Assembly: GCA_035530615.1 (NCBI GenBank)
Contig: DATKUL010000002.1
Location: 948,322-1,012,321 of the forward strand
Direction of reading: 5' to 3'
Source of the DNA: Minisyncoccota bacterium
GTDB lineage: Bacteria > Actinomycetota > Actinomycetes > Nanopelagicales > Nanopelagicaceae
Length of the DNA: 64,000 nucleotides
This document shows positions 5,745 to 14,692 of this stretch, piece by piece. The notes below the pieces were generated by a model that saw nothing but the letters and a program-made list of their open reading frames with translations, did no database searches and was not told the origin of the DNA. Each line of letters opens with the position of its first letter. The stretch's first letter is position 1. The translations under genes and the position numbers were made by a program.

Positions 5745-6728
5745 ATGGAGTATGTGCGCAAAATCTCAAACCTGACAACTTTCCTGTATGAGACCAACCC
5801 GTCCTCGGATTCCATCGCACGTTTTCTTGTCTTAGATACTTTTTCACCATTCGAACCAAGCGGACTCCTCCTCGGGCTGCTTCAATCGAATGGATCGATT
5901 AAGGCCACAGGCAATTTCGGAGTTAGCGAAGGAATCCGGAATGAAGTTGTTGCAATCGCAAACGGGCCGTTGAGTCCATTCTCTCAATCTATGCAGAAGG
6001 ACAAAGTCCTGAGCCTGCACGGACTCGGTGATTTACTGCCGCACTCCTCCAAAGAGATAAGAATGGAGGGTCATCTTTCTGGTCTTGACTACTCACTGGC
6101 CTGGCCGATTCATTACTTAGGAGTTGGGCTCCTCTTTTTTAGTGAGGAAATCGCACTCGACTCTCTCGATGAACTTTTTTTCCGCTCGGTTGGTGGAATG
6201 CTCGCACTTCACCATACTTACACGAAGACACTGTCAGATTTCACTGAAGGAGTTGGATTAGCAGGTCCGGCGGGACCGCAAGGTACGACCGGTGCGGCGG
6301 GACCGCAAGGTACAACCGGCACAACCGGTGCGACCGGTGCGACCGGCACAACAGGTACAACCGGCGAGGCGGGACCGCAAGGTACAACGGGCGCGACGGG
6401 CACAACAGGTACAACCGGCGAGGCGGGACCGCAAGGCACAACCGGTACAACAGGTGCAGTTGGCACAACGGGTGCGACCGGTGCGACAGGACCCGCTGCA
6501 GTTTCAGCCAGCTCTAAAAATCAACCGCTAATGGCAGAAAGTAAGGAACTTACTTCTCGCCAAAAAATTATTCTCAGTGAGATACGTCGAGGTAAGACCA
6601 ATGAAACTATTGCGCTAAGCCTAAATTTCAGTTCCTCTTTAATACGACAAGAGACAATGGAAATCTACCGAAAGATGGGAGTGAGCGGCCGTAAAGAACT
6701 CATGGAAATGGACAATAATGAGGAATGA
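5745..6728 (+). CDS. LuxR/GerE-family regulator with an N-terminal sensor-like (possibly GAF-like) domain and a central collagen-like G-X-Y repeat
   Basis: ATG preceded by GAAGGGA. No signal peptide or TM segment. Residues 171-251 are 27 uninterrupted Gly-X-Y triplets ([22 protein letters not shown]...GATGATGPA). The C-terminus [51 protein letters not shown] fits the GerE HTH pattern. Confidence 0.8.
   Translation: MEYVRKISNLTTFLYETNPSSDSIARFLVLDTFSPFEPSGLLLGLLQSNGSIKATGNFGVSEGIRNEVVAIANGPLSPFSQSMQKDKVLSLHGLGDLLPHSSKEIRMEGHLSGLDYSLAWPIHYLGVGLLFFSEEIALDSLDELFFRSVGGMLALHHTYTKTLSDFTEGVGLAGPAGPQGTTGAAGPQGTTGTTGATGATGTTGTTGEAGPQGTTGATGTTGTTGEAGPQGTTGTTGAVGTTGATGATGPAAVSASSKNQPLMAESKELTSRQKIILSEIRRGKTNETIALSLNFSSSLIRQETMEIYRKMGVSGRKELMEMDNNEE
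6255..6497 (+). repeat. In-frame 9-bp-periodic (GGN-ACN-ACN type) tandem repeat encoding the collagen-like tract
   Basis: 243 nt of GGx-xxx-xxx triplets. Longer imperfect units recur, e.g. GGCGAGGCGGGACCGCAAGG at about 6363 and 6417. The region is locally GC-rich and is open in several frames on both strands (track ORFs 6218-6466, 6241-6468, 6292-6531). Confidence 0.9.
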
Positions 6729-6767
6729 AAATGGCAGATAACTCATAACTCATGTAGCCTTTGAATT

Positions 6768-6865
6768 CACGGGAGTTCGGTAATACCGGACTGAGAGGAA
6801 GACTACGGAGTCTTCGACCGTCAAACCTGACATGGGTAATGCCAACGCAGGGAGACCGCTCTTAC
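6768..6865 (+). promoter_or_regulatory. TPP (THI-box) riboswitch
   Basis: The conserved elements appear in order: ACGGGAG...CTGAGA...ACCGT...AACCTGA...GGGTAATGCC..CGCAGGGA. It lies directly upstream of a thiamine-binding-protein gene. The downstream hairpin GTGCC-N14-GGCAC includes the GAAAGG Shine-Dalgarno before ATG 6899. Confidence 0.85.
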
Positions 6866-6898
6866 AACCCGTGCCTATTCATTACGAAAGGCACAGAA

Positions 6899-7882
6899 AT
6901 GAAACTTACGAGAAAGACGCTCATTCCCATCTCCATCGTTGCAATTGCAGCGCTATTGGTAATCGTCGTAAATAACACGGGCGGGACCAAGATCAAGGAC
7001 CTGACTCTGGCTACACATGACTCTTTCGTCATAAGTCCTGCCCAGATCAAGGACTTCAATGCAAAGAGTGGATACACACTCAAGTTAGTCAAGGTCGGAG
7101 ACGCTGGAACCCTCACCAACAAGTTGGTACTCACCAAAGATTCTCCCATCGCTGATGCAGTCTTTGGAATTGATAACTCCTTCGCCGGCGTTGCCACGAA
7201 AGCTGGAATTATTGATGGCGATCTAGTCGCAACCGATTATGGTGACGTCTGCTTCAACTACGACAGGACATGGTTTGAATCGCGCAAGATAGCGGCCCCC
7301 ACTTCTGTAAGAGACTTGGTAAAACCCCTTTATAAAGGACTCACGGTTGTAGAAAATCCAAATACCTCTTCAACAGGACTCTCTTTCTTGGCAGCCAGCG
7401 TAGAACTCTTCGGTCAGCAGAAGTGGCCGATGTTCTGGAAGAGCCTCAAAGCGAATGAGGTCAAAGTGGATGACGGCTGGGAAGCCGCCTACTACACAGA
7501 TTTCTCCGGCTCCAGTGGAAAGGGTGCCTACCCGATTGTTCTGAGTTACGCGACATCCCCCGCAGATGAAGTTCGGGCAGATGGTAAATCGCAAACCACA
7601 GCAATCACCGACGGTTGCTTTCGGCAGACCGAGTATGTCGGCGTCCTCAAGAAGGCAAAAAATCCACAGGGTGCAGAGAAGTTAATCGAATATCTCTTAT
7701 CTCCTGCTTTCCAGAAAACCTTCCCAACCTCGATGTATATGTATCCGGCTGTTACCGGAGTGGAAATTCCAGAGAGTTGGGCGACCTTTGCCGGCAAGGC
7801 CAATCGCACTTATGGTGACACGTTAGATATCAACGCAAATCGCAAGACCTGGCTCTCAACGTGGTCAGAAATCTTCGGTTAA
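6899..7882 (+). CDS. thiB: Thiamine/TPP ABC transporter substrate-binding protein
   Basis: The start is taken at MKLTRKTLIPISIVAIAALLVIV (membrane anchor/signal), just after the riboswitch. The upstream part of the track ORF overlaps the riboswitch. The fold-type pattern (..SYATSPADEV.., Fe3+/thiamine SBP family) and riboswitch linkage support the call. Confidence 0.8.
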   Translation: MKLTRKTLIPISIVAIAALLVIVVNNTGGTKIKDLTLATHDSFVISPAQIKDFNAKSGYTLKLVKVGDAGTLTNKLVLTKDSPIADAVFGIDNSFAGVATKAGIIDGDLVATDYGDVCFNYDRTWFESRKIAAPTSVRDLVKPLYKGLTVVENPNTSSTGLSFLAASVELFGQQKWPMFWKSLKANEVKVDDGWEAAYYTDFSGSSGKGAYPIVLSYATSPADEVRADGKSQTTAITDGCFRQTEYVGVLKKAKNPQGAEKLIEYLLSPAFQKTFPTSMYMYPAVTGVEIPESWATFAGKANRTYGDTLDINANRKTWLSTWSEIFG

Positions 7883-7931
7883 CATCAAAAGAAACAAAAT
7901 CCTGTGGGCAGCGCCCCTCCTCTTTATTGGG

Positions 7932-9479
7932 GTGCTGTTCTACTGGCCTTTAGGGAAAATACTTTCTCTCGGATTTTCAGGAAATTGGTTTGAGTCAATA
8001 GCCACTTCCCAAGTGCTAAATATTTTCTGGTTCACGATCTGGCAAGCCCTAATCTCCTCACTCATCTCCGTATCACTAGGGATCCCAGGCGCATACGTAC
8101 TCTACGCTCGACGACTTCGAGGACAGGAATTGATCAAGGCTTTCATTACGGTTCCGTTTGTCTTGCCGACGATCGTTGTTGCGATCGGCTTCACATCGTT
8201 TCGTCAACTGCCTGTATTCGCCTCACTCTTACAAGGCGGTTCCAACGTTCCGATCATCATTTTAGCGCACGTATTCATGAACTATTCGATTGCGGTTCGA
8301 ATAATTGGCAGCACCTGGCGAAATCTTGACTTCTCTCTTGAAGACGCCGCCTCACTGGATGGCGCAGGGCGTCTGCGGACTTTTTTGGAAGTCACCCTCC
8401 CCCTTCTCAAGACTTCCATCGCTTCGGCTTTTACCTTGATATTTCTTTATTGCGCAGCGAGTTTCGGGATAATTCTGGTTCTTGGCGGTGGAGCGATCAG
8501 GACAGTTGAAACAGAAATCTATGTAACGACGACTCAATATCTAGATCTAAACAAGAGCGCAGGATTAGTTTTTCTCCAATCCATCATTACCGCAATTGCT
8601 TTCTTTCTGTCCAGAGACAGGGGGGCGAGCGGACTCATCGAGAATCAGGCCCACGGACCTTCGCGTAAATTGGACAGGCGTGACTTGCCTGTTATTGCAA
8701 TAACCCTCACATTTGTCTCAATCTTCATCGCCTTGCCAATCCTTAAAATATTCATTAATGCATTCTTAGTTGAAGGTTCGCCTTCCATCCTAAACTTCTC
8801 CAATCTCACCGGGCACGGGGCACGGGAGCTGCTCAACATCTCAGTAACCCACGCAGCGCTCAATAGTCTGAGAAATGCAATTGTGGCGAGCGCGATAAGT
8901 ATCAGTATTGGACTGCTAGTGAGTTTCATAATCTCTAGACGCGAGAGGGGTTTTAACGCCCGTGTATCAAAGAACATCCTCGACCTAGCTTTCCAGGCAC
9001 CTATCGGTATCTCCAGTGTCGTTTTGGGTTTTGGCTATCTCATTACTTTTGGTTCGGGGATATTTCCGTTGAGATCAAGCTGGATAGTGACGCCTATCGT
9101 CGCTTCAATCCTGTCAACACCTCTCGTAATCCGACTGATCTACCCCGCGCTCATCTCCATTGACGAAGATCTGCTCGAATCCGCCGCAACCGATGGGGCT
9201 TCGGTCGAACAGACTTGGTGGCAGATCGAGGCACCCCTTATTCGGACTGTCATTCTTACCGCGCTCGGCTTTAGCGCTCTCATCTCAATCGGCGAATTTG
9301 GTGCCGCAAATTTTCTCGCCTACGGGGACCAAGGAACTCTTCCAATAATCCTTTATCAACTAATTTCCCGCCCCGGAACACAAAACTATGGAATGGCGAT
9401 GGCGGCAAGTTCTTTGCTTATCCTCTTTGTGACACTCGTCATGTATCTAATCACGCGGCTAGACACCTCAAAGAAATAG
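7932..9479 (+). CDS. thiP: Thiamine ABC transporter permease (duplicated MetI-like domain)
   Basis: 515 aa, about 12 TM segments, and two EAA-like loops (LEDAASLDGAGRLRTF and LLESAATDGASVEQTW). GTG 7932 is the first canonical start, but the true start is probably upstream (see findings). Confidence 0.8.
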   Translation: MLFYWPLGKILSLGFSGNWFESIATSQVLNIFWFTIWQALISSLISVSLGIPGAYVLYARRLRGQELIKAFITVPFVLPTIVVAIGFTSFRQLPVFASLLQGGSNVPIIILAHVFMNYSIAVRIIGSTWRNLDFSLEDAASLDGAGRLRTFLEVTLPLLKTSIASAFTLIFLYCAASFGIILVLGGGAIRTVETEIYVTTTQYLDLNKSAGLVFLQSIITAIAFFLSRDRGASGLIENQAHGPSRKLDRRDLPVIAITLTFVSIFIALPILKIFINAFLVEGSPSILNFSNLTGHGARELLNISVTHAALNSLRNAIVASAISISIGLLVSFIISRRERGFNARVSKNILDLAFQAPIGISSVVLGFGYLITFGSGIFPLRSSWIVTPIVASILSTPLVIRLIYPALISIDEDLLESAATDGASVEQTWWQIEAPLIRTVILTALGFSALISIGEFGAANFLAYGDQGTLPIILYQLISRPGTQNYGMAMAASSLLILFVTLVMYLITRLDTSKK

Positions 9480-9501
9480 AACAATCTCGCTTTTTTGAGA
9501 A

Positions 9502-10296
9502 TTACCAGATCGACCAACCACCATCGACAAGAATTTCTTGCCCCGTGATCCAGGCGCTTGCATCTGATGCAAGCAATGCTGCTGCACCTTTGACATCCTC
9601 AGCAAGACCTGTTCGCTGAAGTGCATTCATTTTTCTGAAAGTCTCCACCTGCGACTTATTGGTTTCGTCATTTGGAATCTGACCAGGAGAAATGCAGTTC
9701 ACACGAATTCCATGAGGTCCGAATTCTGCTGCTAATGCACGAGTGAGATTGAGTACCCCAGCCTTTGCGGCAATATAAGGAGGACCTGATCTCGTAAAGT
9801 CAGAATTGTATGATCGTGGATCCATCGCAAGGCGCGCCGCGATCGATCCGAGGGTGATAATTGCTCCGCTCTTATTTGGAAGCATCGCCTTCGCGGCTTC
9901 TTGAGCACAAATATATGTCGAAAGCATATTGAGTTCGAAAGAGGCTCTAAATTCGTCGATCTTCCCATATGGAGGATATGTCGTTGTGCGATGACCGCCT
10001 GCATTAGCAATAAGAACGTCGAGACGACCTGATTCGGAAACAACTCTCTCCACAAGGTGCCTCACCGCAATTTCATCAGTCGCATCGCAGCCTAATCCAG
10101 TCACTTTTAATCCTCGGCCGCGCATCTCTTCGGCTACCTTTTCGCAAAGTTCTGTGCGCCGTGAGGCGATATAGACATGAGCTCCTAGTTCGGCAAGCGC
10201 CTCGGCAAATGCGCTTCCAAGGTGTGTCCCACCTCCAGTCACAATCGCAACTTTGCCAGTCATATCGAGCATCTGGTAGATGGTTCTATTTGTCAC
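9502..10296 (-). CDS. Short-chain dehydrogenase/reductase (SDR) family oxidoreductase
   Basis: GTG start preceded by AGGAGG. TGGGTHLGSA (Rossmann), NAGG and YIAAKAG (YxxxK) motifs. Confidence 0.85.
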   Translation of the reverse strand: MTNRTIYQMLDMTGKVAIVTGGGTHLGSAFAEALAELGAHVYIASRRTELCEKVAEEMRGRGLKVTGLGCDATDEIAVRHLVERVVSESGRLDVLIANAGGHRTTTYPPYGKIDEFRASFELNMLSTYICAQEAAKAMLPNKSGAIITLGSIAARLAMDPRSYNSDFTRSGPPYIAAKAGVLNLTRALAAEFGPHGIRVNCISPGQIPNDETNKSQVETFRKMNALQRTGLAEDVKGAAALLASDASAWITGQEILVDGGWSIW

Positions 10297-10461
10297 AAAA
10301 TCCTCCTAAGGAAGTATTTTTCGAAATGAAAAATGCCACGCGCGACGAATTGGAGATTACCAATGGCTACCAGCACGTACAAGCATTTGGTTCGGCATGG
10401 ACTACCATCGCCTAGGCATCCAGATATTGAATCTCTCCATATGAGATTTAACGCGAATTAA

Positions 10462-11430
10462 GTGAGTGGGGGAAGTTTGTACGGATTACTGACACTCTTT
10501 GTTGGGGCTCTTACTTCCGTCCAATCACGAGCGAATGGCCAACTCTCGGTCGATGTTCATAGCGCCCTAGGTTCGGCAGTCATTTCAAATGCGGTGGGGT
10601 GGGCAATTCTCTGGGTCCTCGTTCTTGTCAGAAGAAGCGACCGACAAGGTTTCAAAGTTTTCCTGCAAGCTATAAGAAATCGTGAGATGCACTGGTGGGA
10701 ACTCATGGGTGGAGCCGGCGGTGCCTTCTTCCTTGCTATGCAGAGTTCTGCCGTTCCCGAAATTGGGGTCGCAGTTTTTACTATCTGCCTCGTAGGGGGC
10801 CAAACAGCCACATCGCTCCTTGTCGATAAAATTGGCTTCTCTGCCAATGGAAAACAATCGATCACCTGGCCACGGGTCTTTGCAGCAATCATGACGCTCG
10901 TTGCAGTGAGCATCGCGGTCTATCCCGACCTTGGAACAGTCAATTTCAAGGTTGTCACAATCGTTTTATGCCTAGCAGTAGGAGTAGTAGTCGCTTTTCA
11001 GCACGCGTTAAACAGTCGGATTAACCTAATCGCGAGAAATCCCATGGTCACCACATGGCTCAATTTCTCTGTTGGAATCTCATTCCTGATCATTGCCCTT
11101 GTTATTGATTTAATGCGGGGCGGGTCGATAGGTCCCCTGCCCCATAATTTTTGGGTATATATCGGTGGCCCGTGCGGATTGCTCTTCGTGGCGGTAGCCG
11201 CGTCGGCCGTTCGCACAATGGGAGTCCTTAACTTCATTCTCTTCAGTGTCACCGGACAGTTGGTGGGAGCCTTGTTGTTGGACTGGCTACTGCCTACAGA
11301 TGCAGGTGCACTAGATGGCTACCTCATCACCGGAACTGTTGTAACCCTTGGTTCGATTGCCTTCTCTCGCTTCTTTCACGCCAATCATCAGAAGAACCTC
11401 ATCCGGGAATCTGCCACAAGATCTATATGA
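10462..11430 (+). CDS. DMT-superfamily membrane protein (tandem DUF606/YdcZ-like halves)
   Basis: About 10 TM segments. Two internally similar halves each begin ..Q.R.NGQLS.. / ..QHALNSRIN.. as in YdcZ-type proteins. Confidence 0.55.
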   Translation: MSGGSLYGLLTLFVGALTSVQSRANGQLSVDVHSALGSAVISNAVGWAILWVLVLVRRSDRQGFKVFLQAIRNREMHWWELMGGAGGAFFLAMQSSAVPEIGVAVFTICLVGGQTATSLLVDKIGFSANGKQSITWPRVFAAIMTLVAVSIAVYPDLGTVNFKVVTIVLCLAVGVVVAFQHALNSRINLIARNPMVTTWLNFSVGISFLIIALVIDLMRGGSIGPLPHNFWVYIGGPCGLLFVAVAASAVRTMGVLNFILFSVTGQLVGALLLDWLLPTDAGALDGYLITGTVVTLGSIAFSRFFHANHQKNLIRESATRSI

Positions 11431-11562
11431 TCTCTTCGAGAGTCGAGCCACACTTTTCCAAAGCCTAGGAATTTTTATACGTGAAAACCCGTATCTCTCT
11501 ACAAGGAGAAGCGATATCGATCGCGTGGTGGTTAACGCCCTGTCACATAAGCAATAATGATT

Positions 11563-11577
11563 CTTACAATTTGTAAG
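11563..11577. promoter_or_regulatory. 7-1-7 palindrome CTTACAA-T-TTGTAAG abutting the response-regulator ORF start
   Basis: Perfect inverted repeat ending 1 nt before ATG 11579. A possible operator. If so, the real start codon of the regulator may be ATG 11609 or ATG 11621. Confidence 0.25.
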
Positions 11578-11578
11578 C

Positions 11579-12262
11579 ATGTCAGAGAAAGGCAGCCCTA
11601 GCGGATCAATGAACGTGTCAATGGATTTAATCCCCAGAATTCGCGTCTTGGTCGCAGATGACCACCCGATATACCGGGCTGGCTTGGTAGAGCGGCTCGA
11701 AGACGAAGAAGGCGAACTCACCGTTGTAGGCGAAGCATCAAATGGTCATGAAGCGGTTGAAATGACGCAGTCGCTACGCCCCGATGTTGTACTGATGGAT
11801 TTGCATATGCCCCTCATGACGGGAATTGAAGCCACCGCAAAGATCAAGGCAGACTTTCCAGGAATACAAGTCCTCATTCTTTCCGCAACTACTGCAGAGA
11901 CAGATTTACGCGACGCAATAATTGCTGGCGCCAGTGGATATCTAGTGAAGACTTCGAGTCCTGCCGAACTTCGACAAGCAATTATTACTTGCCTAGACGA
12001 AGAATCCGAAGGGATTCCATTACCTTTGACTCTTGACGATAGCGCCATGTTTGGCAACTCCAAGGGCTTGAGTAAGCGCGAATTGCAAATTCTTGAGTTA
12101 GTGGCCAAAGGCGAAACAAATAAAGCAATTGGGGTGCAGTTCAACTTGAGTAGTCGCACAATTGAAGTCCATATGCGTAACATATTTACAAAACTTGGTG
12201 TCTCCTCACGAACAGAAGCTGTTACCACCGCCATCCGTGATCAAGCGATTCAGTTGCCTTGA
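11579..12262 (+). CDS. NarL/LuxR-family two-component response regulator
   Basis: Receiver domain (IRVLVADDHPIY...DVVLMDLHMP...) plus C-terminal GerE HTH (LSKRELQILELVAKGETNKAIGVQFNLSSRTIEVHMRNIFTKLGV). Start uncertain (11579, 11609 or 11621). Confidence 0.9.
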   Translation: MSEKGSPSGSMNVSMDLIPRIRVLVADDHPIYRAGLVERLEDEEGELTVVGEASNGHEAVEMTQSLRPDVVLMDLHMPLMTGIEATAKIKADFPGIQVLILSATTAETDLRDAIIAGASGYLVKTSSPAELRQAIITCLDEESEGIPLPLTLDDSAMFGNSKGLSKRELQILELVAKGETNKAIGVQFNLSSRTIEVHMRNIFTKLGVSSRTEAVTTAIRDQAIQLP

Positions 12263-13326
12263 GGTTGCTTAAGAAAATCATCCACCAGTACCGCGACTAT
12301 CGACTCTGGGTCATTCTGGTGGTCACAGCTGCTGCATCTGCATCCACGGGTATCCAGATTCGCAACTATCGCACCGTGGAAAATCTGAACGACACACTAC
12401 AAAATTCGAGTCTAATTCAATTTTTTGTCTTTGTTTACCTTATTGCGACGATGGCCTCCGCATTACTTTTTGGACCAAAGGAGGTACTCGCCACAATACT
12501 TGCGGCTGCAATCTTCTTCCTCCCCAATGGCCTCCATTTATTAGATGCAAAGTATGGCGAGGTGATTTTGCTCCGACTCGGGGTGATAGCCCTTGCATCT
12601 ATCGGAACTGGATTTATTGTCAATCGCGAGAAGAGAGCACGCCAACGCCTTATTGCGCTAAACAATCAATTAAAAGAAACCATTCTCGAGAAAGAGCGCT
12701 ACATCAAATTTGCTGGAGAAGCCCAGGAGAACGAGCGCTTGCGTATTTCACGCGACCTGCACGATGACTCATTGCAATTATTGGCTGTCGCAACGATCAA
12801 CATCGACCAGGCGATTGAAGCCGCAAACCTGGAGGAAATTAGACATAACATGGTCCGCGCCAAGGAAACACTCATGCTTACATCTGAAACTATTCGACGC
12901 TATTGCGAAGAATTAAGACCAATTCTCCTTGAATCAATGGGTCTTATTTCAGCCGTGCAATGGCTAGGCAATGATCTCGAAACTCGGGCACAGATCTCTG
13001 TTGAGTTCGAGACCATTGGCGAAGGCTCGCAGATCAACGCACAGGACGAAATTCACCTGTTCCGCGTGATGCAAGAGGCTTTCCACAACATAGAACGCCA
13101 CTCACGAGCCACGAGTGTGGAATTACTCTGGCAATATCATCCCGACCATCTGGAGATTTCCGTCACCGATAACGGAGTCGGGATGTGGAATTTCGGTCCT
13201 TCTCCTGCCCGTTCCCTCGGCATCCAGGGCATGCACGAGCGCATCGAACTGCTCGGGGGAACCATCGCATTTGAGAGCAGACCAGGCTTCGGAACCAGAA
13301 TTCTCCTTACAATCCCAACTCTGTGA
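12259..13326 (+). CDS. Sensor histidine kinase, HisKA_3 (DesK/NarX-like) type, membrane-embedded N-terminus
   Basis: About 4 TM segments with no sizeable extracytoplasmic loop. H-box RISRDLHDDSLQLL. HATPase_c region (..HNIERHS..DNGVGM..GIQGMHERIELLGG). Overlaps the regulator gene by 4 nt. Confidence 0.9.
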   Translation: MRLLKKIIHQYRDYRLWVILVVTAAASASTGIQIRNYRTVENLNDTLQNSSLIQFFVFVYLIATMASALLFGPKEVLATILAAAIFFLPNGLHLLDAKYGEVILLRLGVIALASIGTGFIVNREKRARQRLIALNNQLKETILEKERYIKFAGEAQENERLRISRDLHDDSLQLLAVATINIDQAIEAANLEEIRHNMVRAKETLMLTSETIRRYCEELRPILLESMGLISAVQWLGNDLETRAQISVEFETIGEGSQINAQDEIHLFRVMQEAFHNIERHSRATSVELLWQYHPDHLEISVTDNGVGMWNFGPSPARSLGIQGMHERIELLGGTIAFESRPGFGTRILLTIPTL

Positions 13327-13438
13327 GCAATTAAAGCCCCGATCAGGTACTAGTCGGGCATCGGCTTTAGGGATATTTTATAAACCTGGCAACGAAAATG
13401 AACGTTCATCGGGCAATTTTGCGGGTTAGGAGACCGTG

Positions 13439-14689
13439 ATGGCACAGACGAAATGGATAGCCGATAAAGTTTCAACACTTTTCACTGAAGGTGTGCCTAT
13501 TAGATTTGCAGCTTTCGATGGAAGTGCGGCAGGAAACCTACAATCTGAGAATATTCTTGAAATCAAATCACCGCTGGCGCTGCGGTACATCCTGAGTCAT
13601 CCCGGGGATCTCGGACTTGCGCGCGCCTACATAACAAACCACTTAGACGTACGCGGAGATATCCATGCAACCTTGATGGCCCTCCGAACCTATGTGAAAT
13701 CCCCTATGCCAATCGATTCTCTGGCAAAACTCACTCTCGCAGTTGGTCCGAGCGCGTTAATCAGACCAGAGTTACCCATAGAAGAAGCACCGCCAAGATA
13801 TCGAAGGGGTCTCCTGCACTCTCTAACTCGCGACAGGTCGGCAATCGAGCATCACTACGATGTTTCCAACACCTTCTACTCATACATTCTGGGACCCACC
13901 ATGGTGTACTCCTGCGCAGTCTTTGACAACGAAAGCAGTTCGTTAGAGGAAGCCCAGAGAGAGAAAGTGGACCTTATCTGCAGAAAGTTGGATCTCAAAC
14001 CTGGCATGAAATTGCTCGATGTTGGCTGCGGTTGGGGCACATTAATTTTACATGCCGCAAAAGAGTACGGCGTCAAAGCAGTCGGCGTAACCTTAAGTAA
14101 GAACCAGGTGACGCTCGCACGAGAGAGAATAGTGAGAGCACATTTAGAGGAAAGTATCGATATTCGTCTGCAAGACTATCGCGAAGTTCAGGACAGTGAT
14201 TTCGACGCAATCTCCTCGGTGGGCATGAGCGAACACGTTGGCGATTCCAAATTAGACCTTTATTTCTCGCAGTTGCATCAGCGGATCAAGGAAAAGGGTC
14301 GTATTCTCAATCATTGCATTACCCGACCTCACTCTGAACTTAAAGCTCGCACGGGCGCATTTATTGATCGATACATCTTTCCAGATGGCGAGCTAACTGC
14401 GCCCAGTCGAGTGACTCAGGCATTGCATAATTCCGGATTCGAACTCAGGCACAGCGAGAACTTGCGCGAACACTATGCAAAAACGCTGGCCAAGTGGTGC
14501 GAAAACCTTGACGCAAATTGGGACGATGCCGTCAAGGAGGTGGGAGAGAATCGCGCCCGTATCTGGAACTTATATATGCAGTTGTGTCGGATTGGATTTG
14601 AGACGAACTCCATCCAAATTCACCAGTTTCTGGGAGTCGATAATGACCAATTTGGAAGAAACGAACTCCCACGTCGATTTAAGTTTTGA
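13439..14689 (+). CDS. cfa: Cyclopropane-fatty-acyl-phospholipid synthase family SAM-dependent methyltransferase
   Basis: SAM motif LLDVGCGWGTL and CMAS-family length and pattern (..HYDVSNTFY.., ..YIFPDGEL..). ATG 13439 is 6 nt after AGGAG. The track start GTG 13436 is too close to the SD. Confidence 0.85.
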   Translation: MAQTKWIADKVSTLFTEGVPIRFAAFDGSAAGNLQSENILEIKSPLALRYILSHPGDLGLARAYITNHLDVRGDIHATLMALRTYVKSPMPIDSLAKLTLAVGPSALIRPELPIEEAPPRYRRGLLHSLTRDRSAIEHHYDVSNTFYSYILGPTMVYSCAVFDNESSSLEEAQREKVDLICRKLDLKPGMKLLDVGCGWGTLILHAAKEYGVKAVGVTLSKNQVTLARERIVRAHLEESIDIRLQDYREVQDSDFDAISSVGMSEHVGDSKLDLYFSQLHQRIKEKGRILNHCITRPHSELKARTGAFIDRYIFPDGELTAPSRVTQALHNSGFELRHSENLREHYAKTLAKWCENLDANWDDAVKEVGENRARIWNLYMQLCRIGFETNSIQIHQFLGVDNDQFGRNELPRRFKF

Positions 14690-14692
14690 TAC

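Noticed and set aside
6218-6531. Track ORFs 6218-6466(-), 6241-6468(-) and 6292-6531(+), which overlap the collagen-like tract.
   Set aside because: They are low-complexity Pro/Val/Ala or Arg/Gln strings that arise because the 9-bp GC-rich repeat lacks stop codons in several frames. They have no starts with an SD and no flanking domain context. The 5745-6728 frame has recognisable domains on both sides.
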